From contig NC_087447.1 in the NCBI RefSeq assembly GCF_036321535.1, positions 38,318,001 to 38,382,000 on the forward strand: a stretch of DNA of 64,000 nt, read 5' to 3'. The position numbers and the translations under genes are program-made. Shown one piece after another: positions 46,101-55,401 of this stretch. The stretch comes from Camelus dromedarius. Taxonomy: Eukaryota. Positions within the stretch are counted from its first letter, which is position 1; each line of letters opens with the position of its first letter. The notes under the pieces are model-generated. The model was not told the DNA's origin and made no database searches. It was given only the letters and a program-made list of their open reading frames with translations.

Positions 46101-46486
46101 TCTTGAATAGAAATATAACTTTCCTTCATTAAAATGGCCCACCTTTGGGGTCTATCATTAAACCATTAAAACCAGATTAATTCCCATAGAGTGTATGTGA
46201 AATGAATTCTTCAATGTTTTTTGAAATCTAAGCTACAAATCTAGTGACTGTTTGTAAATCTAGCACAAAAAGTACTTAACCAGGTTAAGTTTTGGTGGTT
46301 CTGTTTTTGTTCATCTTCGGTTTCATTGTTGATGAGATGTCATTGAATGGAGCTTGATTAAGATAGAATAGCCTACTGATTGTACATTGTTTTAATAATG
46401 GTAAACATCTTCATTCTTTCTTACAGGGAATGGCCTTAAGTCTTGGAGATAAAATCAACTTGTCTCAGAAGAAAACTAGTATATAA
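13039..46486 (+). CDS. COPB1: Coatomer subunit beta (beta-COP), complete CDS, 21 coding exons, 953 aa
   Basis: Exon lengths 91+230+170+115+93+138+120+108+147+146+97+161+121+228+180+145+120+146+90+156+60=2862 nt, open from [35 protein letters not shown] to [19 protein letters not shown]; all introns GT-AG. Confidence 0.99.
15542..15693. repeat. Diverged tandem duplication, ~79-bp unit, COPB1 intron 2
   Basis: ttgtc..tatttctacctt..attttggatccaaa.gat..taccataaattc..agtat.cag occurs twice (15542-15620, 15621-15693). Confidence 0.85.
15864..16480 (-). mobile_element. 5'-truncated L1 (3' end) with TSD
   Basis: Antisense L1 3'UTR/ORF2 end; TSD TAGGTAATTT at 15854-15863 and 16481-16490. Confidence 0.9.
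17055..17284 (+). CDS. COPB1: COPB1 exon 3
   Basis: atcag|AA AAA GGA GAT...AGA AAG|gtaaac; [34 protein letters not shown]...CDAYRK. Confidence 0.97.
17692..17861 (+). CDS. COPB1: COPB1 exon 4
   Basis: atcag|GAT CTT CAG CAT...TAT AG|gtaaat; [56 protein letters not shown]. Confidence 0.97.
17915..18215 (+). mobile_element. MER102-like hAT-Charlie relic
   Basis: aagatgtggcaacactgggtcc...ggggcccctttaaacagg resembles MER102. Confidence 0.55.
19353..19467 (+). CDS. COPB1: COPB1 exon 5
   Basis: tcaag|A AAT TTT GAA...GAT CAG|gtgaag; [38 protein letters not shown]. Confidence 0.97.
20721..20813 (+). CDS. COPB1: COPB1 exon 6
   Basis: ttcag|GAT CGG...TAT AAG|gtaaga; [31 protein letters not shown]. 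Confidence 0.97.
21582..22990 (-). mobile_element. 5'-truncated L1 (~1.4 kb; ORF2 C-terminus + 3'UTR), same subfamily as 15864-16480
   Basis: ORF-track peptides 22510-22776 ([15 protein letters not shown]...NFCTAKE) and 22148-22354 ([17 protein letters not shown]) are L1 ORF2 C-terminal motifs, frameshifted. Confidence 0.92.
24548..24685 (+). CDS. COPB1: COPB1 exon 7
   Basis: cccag|GTC TGT CAT...ATC AAG|gtactg; [46 protein letters not shown]. Confidence 0.97.
25205..26065 (-). mobile_element. Old L1 (L1MC4/5-like) 3' end
   Basis: ttttattttgaaataattttagacttatagaaaaattacaaaaatag...ggtgatgttaaccttgctcatttgattaaggtggtgtctgcc; approximate. Confidence 0.65.
26498..26617 (+). CDS. COPB1: COPB1 exon 8
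   Basis: tatag|GCT GCC...CTA CAG|gtaaat; [40 protein letters not shown]. Confidence 0.97.
28013..28120 (+). CDS. COPB1: COPB1 exon 9
   Basis: tccag|GAT CTG...GAA GAG|gtaaaa; [36 protein letters not shown]. Confidence 0.97.
28204..28350 (+). CDS. COPB1: COPB1 exon 10
   Basis: tatag|CTG GTT...CCT GTG|gtatgt; [49 protein letters not shown]; preceded by an 83-nt intron. Confidence 0.97.
29092..29237 (+). CDS. COPB1: COPB1 exon 11
   Basis: tttag|TTA ATG GAA...GTA AA|gtacgt; [48 protein letters not shown]. Confidence 0.97.
30411..30534 (+). mobile_element. Short sense-oriented L1 3' tail inserted at the COPB1 exon 12 acceptor
   Basis: L1 3'-end-like text (gaatatgaaaac...attgtaaaaactgactatatctcAATAAA + A-rich tail); TSD CTTGTATTCTTG at 30399-30410 and 30535-30546. 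Confidence 0.8.
30553..30649 (+). CDS. COPB1: COPB1 exon 12
   Basis: cttag|G ATT TAC CGA...GGG GAG|gtatgt; [32 protein letters not shown]. Confidence 0.97.
31773..31933 (+). CDS. COPB1: COPB1 exon 13
   Basis: tttag|ATC CCA...GAA AG|gtaatt; [53 protein letters not shown]. Confidence 0.97.
32796..32916 (+). CDS. COPB1: COPB1 exon 14
   Basis: tgcag|A CCT CCC...CAA AAT|gtaagg; [40 protein letters not shown]. Confidence 0.97.
33625..34030 (-). mobile_element. L1MB-like 3' end
   Basis: ggtaaaatatgtgtaacataaaatttaccattttaacc...ccattaccactatccatctccagaac. Confidence 0.75.
35040..35680 (-). mobile_element. Old L1 ORF1/inter-ORF fragment
   Basis: cattgagcttcttggat...ttcatcaaatttgggaaaattttgaccattatttcttca is typical of old L1 5' parts; approximate. 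Confidence 0.6.
35875..36430 (+). mobile_element. Old L1ME-like 3' end
   Basis: gacattatgtgcctcct...ccagattgaaagggactaaagagaataacagccaaat; approximate. Confidence 0.55.
36717..36944 (+). CDS. COPB1: COPB1 exon 15
   Basis: tctag|TCT TTT GTC...CAA AAG|gtaaga; [76 protein letters not shown]. Confidence 0.97.
37107..37286 (+). CDS. COPB1: COPB1 exon 16
   Basis: cacag|AAG GAA TCT...AAC AAG|gtaata; [60 protein letters not shown]. Confidence 0.97.
37900..38995 (-). mobile_element. L1MB-like 3' end/ORF2 C-terminus
   Basis: Minus ORF 38246-38635 contains [34 protein letters not shown] (L1 ORF2 C-terminus). Confidence 0.88.
39470..39614 (+). CDS. COPB1: COPB1 exon 17
   Basis: gacag|GTC ACC CAG...CTG G|gtgagg; [48 protein letters not shown]. 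Confidence 0.97.
40670..40789 (+). CDS. COPB1: COPB1 exon 18
   Basis: ttcag|GG GAC TTG...ATA G|gtaagg; [39 protein letters not shown]. Confidence 0.97.
40890..42860 (-). mobile_element. Degenerate L2 LINE fragments
   Basis: cattcattcattcattgatttatggggcatcagctatgctg (L2 3' end, antisense) and purine-rich L2 body; approximate. Confidence 0.6.
43102..43295 (+). mobile_element. MIR SINE
   Basis: gaatcctggcctccaccactaaccagttctgtgatcttgaaca...gtaagatggaaaaatagtaatac. Confidence 0.65.
43385..43530 (+). CDS. COPB1: COPB1 exon 19
   Basis: tgcag|TC TAT GAT...AAC AAA|gttagt; [48 protein letters not shown]. Confidence 0.97.
44108..44197 (+). CDS. COPB1: COPB1 exon 20
   Basis: cacag|GTG ACT...GAG AAG|gtaaga; [30 protein letters not shown]. 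Confidence 0.97.
45247..45712 (+). mobile_element. L1MB-like 3' end
   Basis: ccatgttcacagcagca...ggaaacaacctaagtgtcca...catggatgagccttgaggacattatgctaagtgaaataaaccagtcacaaaaagac. Confidence 0.85.
45830..45985 (+). CDS. COPB1: COPB1 exon 21
   Basis: tccag|GCA CTT TCT...AGT CAG|gtaaca; [52 protein letters not shown]. Confidence 0.97.
46427..46486 (+). CDS. COPB1: COPB1 exon 22 coding part
   Basis: tacag|GGA ATG GCC...[28 protein letters not shown]. Confidence 0.97.
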   Translation, partial: GMALSLGDKINLSQKKTSI

Positions 46487-46751
46487 GAATAAACAAAAAA
46501 GTCTTTGCAGCTTTACAGTTAAAATTTAGGTATGGGTTTATTGAACTCCAACATCTTTTATACTCTTTCATGCTTTATGTTATATAGAATCTGAGTACAT
46601 GCTGAATGCATTCCAGCCAATAATTTATAGCCTTTCCCTTAAATCAAGATTGATTTTAAAATTATAGTTTGTCTTTTGTCTTAACAGTTCTGAATACTGT
46701 CCTCAAAATATATAATGTTTCTCACATGTATCAAGACCATTTTCATAGCAC

Positions 46752-46796
46752 AATAAACAGATCTATTCCTAAATCTTTTGTTATTTTATAAATAAA
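46752..46796 (+). terminator. COPB1: COPB1 polyadenylation signals (AATAAA 46752-46757 and 46791-46796; a further one at 46488-46493)
   Basis: Canonical hexamers ~270-310 nt after the stop, in T-rich context. Confidence 0.7.
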
Positions 46797-47904
46797 TGTA
46801 TAATTACATAATTTTAGTTAGGGTAGCAATGGATTTCTTTTAGTTGAGTTACAGATTTCTATTACAAATTTAAATTACTATTTGAGTTGTGAATATATGA
46901 ACTTTATTAAGAGAATTTACAAATACAGTGATAGGAAATGAGACAGGCCTTGGTTTACTTGATTAATTTTAACTAATTTAATATTCTGATAACAGTATCT
47001 CTAAAAATGCTTTATCATGTTCTAAGGGGCTTTTCTCTGGAATTTAGGTTCAGAAAGGAAGTATCAAATAACTTGAGAAAACAGGTTCAACTTCAGTTTA
47101 AAAAAGTATTATGAATCCTGATTAAAATAAACATACTATTCTTAATTATCCTGAATCATAATGAAAAGTAGATAACCCAAAATAGATTTTTTGATCATTC
47201 ACATTTACCTTTGTGTATTCTTTTATGTTTGTGAGGAATCAAATTGATTTCAGCCACTTACTGAAGCTTCACTGGGAGAATTAAACTCCAGAGGGTTCAG
47301 AAATCTGTCCTGTTTCCATATTGCCTCCATGCCTCACTCTCCCCTATTCCTCATTTCACACCAGGGCTGGGCACCATCACTTCCCAGTGTGATTCCAAAT
47401 GCCTCTCTGAGCTAAGTTCCTTAGAGTCTGATTGTGCTTGCTATTCTTTTGGCCCTTGTTTTCCTTGGAGATGGTTGAGGTAGTCTGATCTTTTAGCTAA
47501 GTCTGAACATTAAGCTGTTATACTTTGTCTTCCAGCTAAGATTCAGGCTGCATTCAGGATGAGTCCATAGATAAGGTCCATGAAAGAGTGAAAGCAGCAT
47601 CTCCTGTTTCAGTACTTGAGTAAGAATGGAATGATTTGTTTGGAGTGTGAAGGAGATTGATACCTTGTATGAGTCAAGCTTTGAAGCCACTTGCCTTTTT
47701 AATCAGAAAGAACCAGAGGATTACAGGGCATTTGAGATTCCAAAGCACAGAGGTCTCAAAACAAAGTCAATGGCTACCAAATGGGAAAGATACTAGGAAA
47801 ACTAGAAAGGGATTAGTTTGATGCATTGACTCAAAGCTTGGAGATTTGTAATGAGAGCAGAGGAACTGATGCAATTTTGGATTAGATCATTTCCCGAGCT
47901 TTAT

Positions 47905-48112
47905 TCCACTAAACATTAGCATCCTTGATGTTCCATAGTCAAGTAAGTTTGGGAGAAGCTTTATACTACTGTACTGGGAATTCACTGTACACATCAGCAT
48001 ACTAAAATTTTTGAGAGGTCCTTCAGTAAAGAGTAGATTAGTTTGGTTTAACCCAGCGTATCTTAATCTTACCTAACCAGGGAATCCTTTTTTCATAGAA
48101 CACCTATTCACT
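47905..48112. mobile_element. MER119-like hAT-Charlie relic
   Basis: gttccatagtcaagtaagtttgggaga...ggtttaacccagcgt...ccttttttcatagaacacctatt. Confidence 0.55.
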
Positions 48113-48726
48113 ATATGTAGGACAGGAAAATTGACTTAGCAGGTTAAAGATTTTGGTTTTGTATTCATAATAAACCATTATTGCATTTTTAAATCTCTCT
48201 TAGTTGGGATCTAAAATACCTTTTATATGCTCACATTATAAGATATCATATAATTAGGACCATGATGTCTTACTAGTAAGAGAATAAACAAGCTCTGACA
48301 CCAAGGAAAGGTTTAATATATTAAATGAATTAATGTGTAATTCTTTTAAGAAAATTAAATGGCCCTTAACATTTTGCTGTCTTGACACTAGATGGAGCTT
48401 TATGCATTTACTTTAATTTTGAGATTAGAAGTAATTGGAGGTTAAAGTTTTATTTATAAGAAGGAAAAACAAGATAAATTTTCTATTAGCAAGGAGATTG
48501 ATTTTAGTGATATTTTGCTAATTGTGAGAAACTTTTTCACATGATTTATAAAAAATACAGGAGACAGAGGAATTCATTTCAGAGTATCTGAAAAGGCAAG
48601 AGAACCAAAATATTTTTAAAAACTCAAATAATACTGATTGTGAAATATCTGTGCTATCTGTTGGCTAAAGTAAGTAGTTTTACTGGTGACCTTTTCCTTC
48701 CACATTGGCAGATGTCCTTAACTAAG

Positions 48727-48812
48727 AATTTATAGCCTTTCCCCTAAATCAAGATTGGGTTTAAAATTATAGTTTGTCTTTTGTCCTAATAGTTCTGAAT
48801 GCTGTCCTCAAA
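48727..48812 (+). repeat. 86-bp dispersed copy of COPB1 3'UTR segment 46622-46707
   Basis: Ungapped hand alignment, 80/86 identical. Confidence 0.95.
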
Positions 48813-49615
48813 GTAGAGCCAGGCATATCAGCTCCCTGCCTCACTACCCTCTCCCAATGTTATCTGTCCCCCTCCTTAAGCTCTACCTACTCTGCACCCC
48901 CAGGAATCTCAGGAGCCTAAGGAAGTAACTAGATATAGGGCAAAAGCTCAGTTTAGAATCAGAAAAGTGTGGAATCCTATCAGAACTTACTTGCTGTGTG
49001 TGCAGTGGTAAATGGCTGATTTACTGAGTGCTTACATGTGCCAGCATAACACTGAGTGCTTTTTCCATGGGATATACAGTCCTCCCAATAACTCTTATCA
49101 GGCAAATACTATTAATACCATCATTTACAGGTAATGATGAGAGTCATAAGAGAGGGTGTTGCTTATTAATTACGGGTTAATATTAAGAGTTGAACTCAGA
49201 TATAAGGCCAGGGTTTTATATCTGACATGAAAGCCCTTGCAATTAGTCATACATTGACACTACTGCCTCAATTCTTTGTGCCTCAGTGTCCTCATTTGTG
49301 AAGTGCTTTTTACCTCTACTTCATAGAATTGATGTGAGAGATGAAACAATGTATTTATTGTGAATGTTTGGCACATAGTAGAGGCTTATCCATAAGTATT
49401 CATTCCATTTCTTCCCCTGTTCACCTTCCTTACACTGCAGAGAAGACAGAAACCTATTCCCCAGGTTATCTTCATTCCTCCCCCACAATTTAGGTCTTAG
49501 TTTTATACTTACTCTATTTGAATGCTTTGTTTTTGTTCTTAACACCTGTAGCTTACTTAAAAGAAGCTTCATTTCTCAAGAATTCTTTATAACAGTGTTT
49601 ACTGTGTCAATTTTT

Positions 49616-49720
49616 TTAACTTTTTTTGTTGAGTTATAGTCAATTTACAATGTTGTGTCAAATTCCAGTGTAGAACACGATTTTTCAGTTATACATGAAC
49701 ATACATATATTCATTGTCAC
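49616..49720 (-). mobile_element. Young, severely 5'-truncated L1 3' tail with TSD
   Basis: T-rich tail then gagttatagtcaatttacaatgttgtgtcaaattccagtgtag; TSD TA(C/T)TGTGTCAATTTTT at 49600-49615 and 49721-49736, followed by AA. Confidence 0.85.
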
Positions 49721-52700
49721 TATTGTGTCAATTTTTAAATTAGCCCTTAGCACTGTTGCTTATAAACTATTGTTATCACAGCTAAATGTAACTGTTACAA
49801 TCCATATACCTCATGTGATAGATGGTCTGTGATGAACATACTGGTTTTATTGGTTTTCAGAATGACAATCAAATGACTGATTCTTTATCAGCTGAATACA
49901 GAAATAGATATAGCCACGTTATAGTAACAATGTGATATTTAGAGTTACTCACTTGGATCAAAAGTCACTTTTAGTAATCTGACCACTTTCTCTTTATTTT
50001 CTCTATCTAGCATGGCAGAATCTCTTTGATTAAGAAGTTAGTTATGCAGTGACAAGAGAAGGCAAGTAGGATTTGTGCCTTTTATCTGGGGTTTGGTATA
50101 TAATTGTGGGAATCTGAGAAAACGACTCTGTGTATTTTTGATTAATTGTAAAACCAACAAGATACACAAATGGAATGTAGCATGGTAGGCTGAAACAGCC
50201 CTGAATGAGATTCTTCCTAAATCGAATCTCAATTCTCTGAGTAGCTTTCTGAAAATAAATGTTATCTGTCTGGGCCTATCTCCTTATCTGTGAAATGAAG
50301 TAATACAATTAACTGACCTCTAGTGTTTCTAGTTCAGATAATTCATACTAAAAAGCCTTGTGTTTTCACATATACCTCTGCAACAAACTTTATAAATCAA
50401 CTGAGATGTCTCAGTTGGGCTTATGTTCTGTGGGCTTATTACCTACCCACAGACACCTCAAAATCAACATTATGAAATGGAGCTTACCTCACCCCTCAGA
50501 CTTTTTCCTCTGCTATGTCCCCTGTCTGGTTAGTTATGCTAGAACCTAATAGTCACCCTTAACTCTACACTCACCCCCTATAGCTCCTCAGACACCAAAC
50601 CCAATTTTCTCCCTTCCTCAGTATTTTCCTAATTCTTTTCCCACTCCTACTGCCATCGCTGTAGTTTAGACTTTTGTCATCTTTATTGTGGTCTATTGTA
50701 GTAGCCTAACCATAAACTTTACATATTATTCTAAATTTAAAGCCTACACTTTAATCTTGACCACATACAACAGTAGCTATATGATTCCTTGACTTGGTCA
50801 GACCCTTCCTTGGTAATATTATTTTGAGAGACATAACTAAAAATAAATAAATCCAAAAATTATTAATAATAATGTTACAAATAATGAAAATTGAAAATGA
50901 TTGAGCCATACCAGAATGTGTGTTGAGAAGTAAATGGTATTAAGTATATACAGTGTGTACCAGAGTACCCAGTAGATAGAACATGCTCAATAAATCTTTG
51001 TTGAGTGACTAAATGAATGAAACATGTAGCTATAGAGAGAACATGGTGTAGATTAAATCACACTGGTATGTGCGTGTGAAATAATGTTAGGTGCGAAAAA
51101 AGACACCACTCATAAGAATGTCTCCTACATTAAGATGAATCAAGATATGTTATAGATATACTGCCTCGTTCCCAACTCTCAACTTTTTACAACTGGCTAA
51201 GTATGTCCCCTCCCTCCCTGAGTCCAGACACTAGATAAATAAGAAAAGGGGAGAAAATGGTGCATATATATAAGATAATTAACTATTTAAGGCAAAAATA
51301 ATAATGATGTATTACAGGGTTGATAACATGACATGTAGAAATATAATGTAGGACAGCACACAAAGGATGGTAATGGGGTAGGGCGGAATGAAAGTACATT
51401 ATTATAAATGAGCATATAGTCAGAATGGTCAGAAGTAGATATACTGTCTATCTCTCCAAGTGGAAAAAAAATATATCACATTGGTCATATGATTAGTAGT
51501 ACATCTTGAAAATAAATGTTGTTTACCCCCTAAGGTCATTGGGTGTGACTTAGCTCTTTCATTAGCTGGAGTCCCTGATTCCAACTCTTGGGATTTTTAG
51601 ATCCGTAATCTTGACATCTTGGGCCCACCCTGAGAGCTGGCATCCCCTTGTAAGTAAGCACTGCATTCTCCTAAAAGAGTATAGGGACTGAATCTTACCA
51701 CACAGGACTTCACCAGCCAGAAAATGCTATGTGGCTCAAGGAATCTGTCCAGGAAAATTTCTGAACCCTGTTAAGCTATGCAAATAGTTTCTTAAAGCCC
51801 AACAACATAAAAAAGTGAATTTAATTAGTTGTAATCAAAATGTTCTCTTTCTATAAAGTTGTTTAAGGTCATACTGTTTTTAATGACCCTGTGCTTTGAG
51901 TAAAACTATGACTGTTACTCATGCTTTGAGTAAAGGTATGACTATTAAAAGCATGGTTTTCAAACTTTCTCTGTTGGTACACTAGGATTCCACAAGCTGG
52001 ACCAGTGTGTTCCCACAGCTAAACTCAAATAATGGTGGTCTTTTTTTCCCAGATCAAAAAGAAACGGTAGAAAGAATTTTGTCAATTTTGTTTCTTCTCC
52101 ATGAATGTTAACACATTAATATTTGCTACCAAATTTTAAAAATGAAAAAAAAAAGCATTATGGAAATATTTGGCTAACCGAATGGTCTTGATCTAATAGT
52201 TTGTGACCATATGTAATCCTGGTTGTTTTATATTTTCTGCTGGTAAATAGTTCCTTGTTCATCAAATTGAATTAAATGAATCACTATCATGGTGGCAGCA
52301 GAGGATAACTTGATTCCTAGATGCTCCAACACTGGCCTGGGTGTCTATATAAAATGTAACATAAAATCCAGACATTCTTATGTAATTCATACAGAGTGTA
52401 TACTCATAGGCACTATTTAATGAAAATAAGCCTTGGTAATAGAAGTATAAATCCAGGTTCAGGTAGTTGCTGGCCTATTCCTTCACTGTAGAGAACTCAG
52501 GAAAAGCTGTGGAAGAGAGTGCCCTGGTTTGGGTACTCAACCTGTAAGATTTTCCCCTTATTCCCCAACCTAAGGCACAAGGCAGGGGCTTTCTAGGGCC
52601 CTTGGGTCCCAACTGATAATACCAGCTGTATGTCTGGTGCTGTGTGATGTCCTGAAGTTACTGAAGGTAAGATACAATTTGGTGAGTATTTTAAGGACAC

Positions 52701-55386
52701 ATAAACACCCAATCAGAGAACTGTTTAATAAGTCTTATAACAAAAAAATATACCAGCTGCTGTGAGAGCACAGAAAACTGATGACTATCAGAAGAAAGTC
52801 AAAGTTTTCACAAAGAGGTAACATTTGAACTAAGCCTTGAAAAGCATGAATTTGCTTGCTGACTGTCAGATGAGGGGTGGGGAAAAGGGGCAGGAAAGCC
52901 ATTTCAGCCACAGGAACAGTTTGGATAAGTCACAGAGGTGCATAGCACAGAGAGGCGGGTTCTGCTCAGCATAGGACGTGTTAGGGGCAATGGCAGATGA
53001 TGAGACTAGAGATGATAGACAAGGCTCGGATCATAAAGGACAGGCTGAAGCATCTGAACTTTATCTTGTAGGGAATGAAGAACTACTAAGGATTTTAAGA
53101 AGGTAAGTGAAACAATCAGATTTGCATTTGGAAAAACCTCCGGCCACAGTTTGGAGAATGGATTGTGGGTATGGGAGTCCAGTTAGGAGCCTGTCGTAGG
53201 AGTAAAAATCAAAAATTATTTTGACAAGATGAGATGTGGAGCATGGGACAGTGTGGGGACATGTGAAAGCCTTCAAAAAAAAAAAAGTAACAGGTTTCCC
53301 TAAGGGCAGGTGCTGCTCCACTAAGGTAAGTTGGATTACCAATTCTGCTTTTCCTCATAGAAAACAGGAGTGATTATCCTTACTTTTCTTATCTGAAAGT
53401 GTTACTGAAATGGCAATGAAATGTAATATGTAAAGTCATGTACAAATGGGTGATGGAGTAGTTATTAATAGTATTTTCATTGTGATCTTCATCCACAAAA
53501 CATAAACCATGGGGCTAAACGATGTGAAATCACCTCTTTTATGGACTTTAAAAAAAAAAAAGGCAAAGTCATGTGATTCAACCTAATAATGTGAGGGTTA
53601 ACGTAGTTTTTCCTGTTATTTCCTGCCTCCCTTTAGGCTGTATCGTTGCCTTTGCTTTTCTTTTCTTTCTTTCTTTCTTTTTTTTTTTTTTTAAAGGTGA
53701 GTGATTCATTTCATCAAGGGGATTTCCAGGAATGCTAGGGAGGCAAGTGTGGTAGAAAGTATGCAGGCTTTGGAGTCAAATAAACCTGGAATCAGATTTT
53801 CCTCTAATTTATTAACTGTGATCTTGGGCAAGTCAGTTTGTTTCATCTAGAAATAAATAATGCCTGCTTTAATTAATTTTCTTAATTAAATAAGAAAATT
53901 CATGCCTTGCTACTGTGTGGCATGTAAAGGGTGTCAAATAAAAGTGTGTCTCAGCTGTTCCCTACACCCCCATCTCCTCATTTGTCCTACTTGTTCACGG
54001 AGGGTGTGGCTTAGAACTCTAGTTACATGCTCCCTTGTGTCCCAGAAAAGCTGAATTAACAGCTATATACCAGTGTGTGTGAAAATTTTACAGTTCTCAT
54101 AACTTCAAGCCAAAACCTTTTAAATGAGGTGACCATTTAAACTATCAAATATCATTTCATGGAATTGCTTTAATGTACAATTTGTGTCAAATTTTTCTGG
54201 AATGCCACAAGCCTCATCACTTTTCGCCTCGTTCAGGAAGTTACTCATTTAGCCCAGAATGCCAATAAACTCATACATACAGACTGTGTCATATTCCCCT
54301 AGAAGTGTCATCACCTTTTTTTTCCTTTTAATGTGATAACTGCTTTTTGCAAAGGAAATAGTATTTATTTCCTTATATCCCTAACTCTGATTCCAACCCC
54401 AAAAGGTGAACTCACAATTGCTGACCCTCCACATTCCTGGGTCCCAGTAGCACAAATGGATTTCTGCCTCAGTTTCCCTGCTTACCATTTTTTTTCCCTG
54501 TTAAGGAGTTTTATTTTTGCACTAATTCAGTGGGTTTTTTAATTGAGCTCCTGCTTTGTGCAAGTGTCTTCTTGTCACAGCTTGTACATGGTGAACAAGA
54601 CAGACAAAATCTTTCTGTTCATTAGCTTACATTTCTATGACAACAATCAAATAAGGTGTTTTCAAAGTGGATGAGTGCTGTAAAGGAAATAAATAGGCTA
54701 ATGAGATAGATAGTTGTTAGTAGATGGAGGGTAACTTAGAAGGATTGTCAGAGAAGTAAAGAGGTTAAAAGGCCCTGAGGTGGAAGTGAGTTTGGCATAT
54801 TTGAGGAAATGAGTGGGTGGTGGTGTGTTTTGTTTTGTTTTTTCTTTTTTGCGACAGAGGGATAAAATGGTAGAAGATGCAGTAGGAGAGGTAGGCAGGA
54901 GAGAGACAAAAATTATTCTCTGAGCTCTGGCCTCGCTCCCTTGGAGGGTTGGACTCTGCATCTAGCCACTGTGCAAGACCTTCCTTTAAACCAGAAGTGA
55001 GCCATACAGAACTATGCCATGACTGCCAATCTGACTCCATCTCTGTTTCATGGAACCTGACTGCCTTGCCCTGCTCTCTTAAATTTTCCCCTGGCTGAAC
55101 TCAAGCCAGAGTTCTTGGATGGCCTCTTTTTAACTTAAAAATTAATTACTGCTATATAATGTCCACTCACCAAAGATAGAAAATGAAGAAAGGCAAAAAT
55201 TTTTTAAAATTGTCCACAATCTCACCACCCAGAAATAAATACTGGTTAGCATTTTTGGATATAACATTTCAGATATGTATTCATTTATATACTTTTTAAT
55301 TCAAAAAATTATTATAATGTGACTTTTTTATACAAATGATATAAACTTCTGTATCAATAAGTCAGTGTCTGCATCTCCATTACTTT

Positions 55387-55401
55387 ATTATTTTTTTTTT
55401 T
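55387..55401 (-). mobile_element. Poly(A)-only retrotransposition insertion with 17-bp TSD
   Basis: TGCATCTCCATTACTTT at 55370-55386 and 55402-55418 flanks ATTATTTTTTTTTTT. Confidence 0.75.

Noticed and set aside
53729..54437. Three TEAD-like GGAATG/CATTCC hexamers in ~700 bp
   Set aside because: Too short to separate from chance without chromatin or conservation data.
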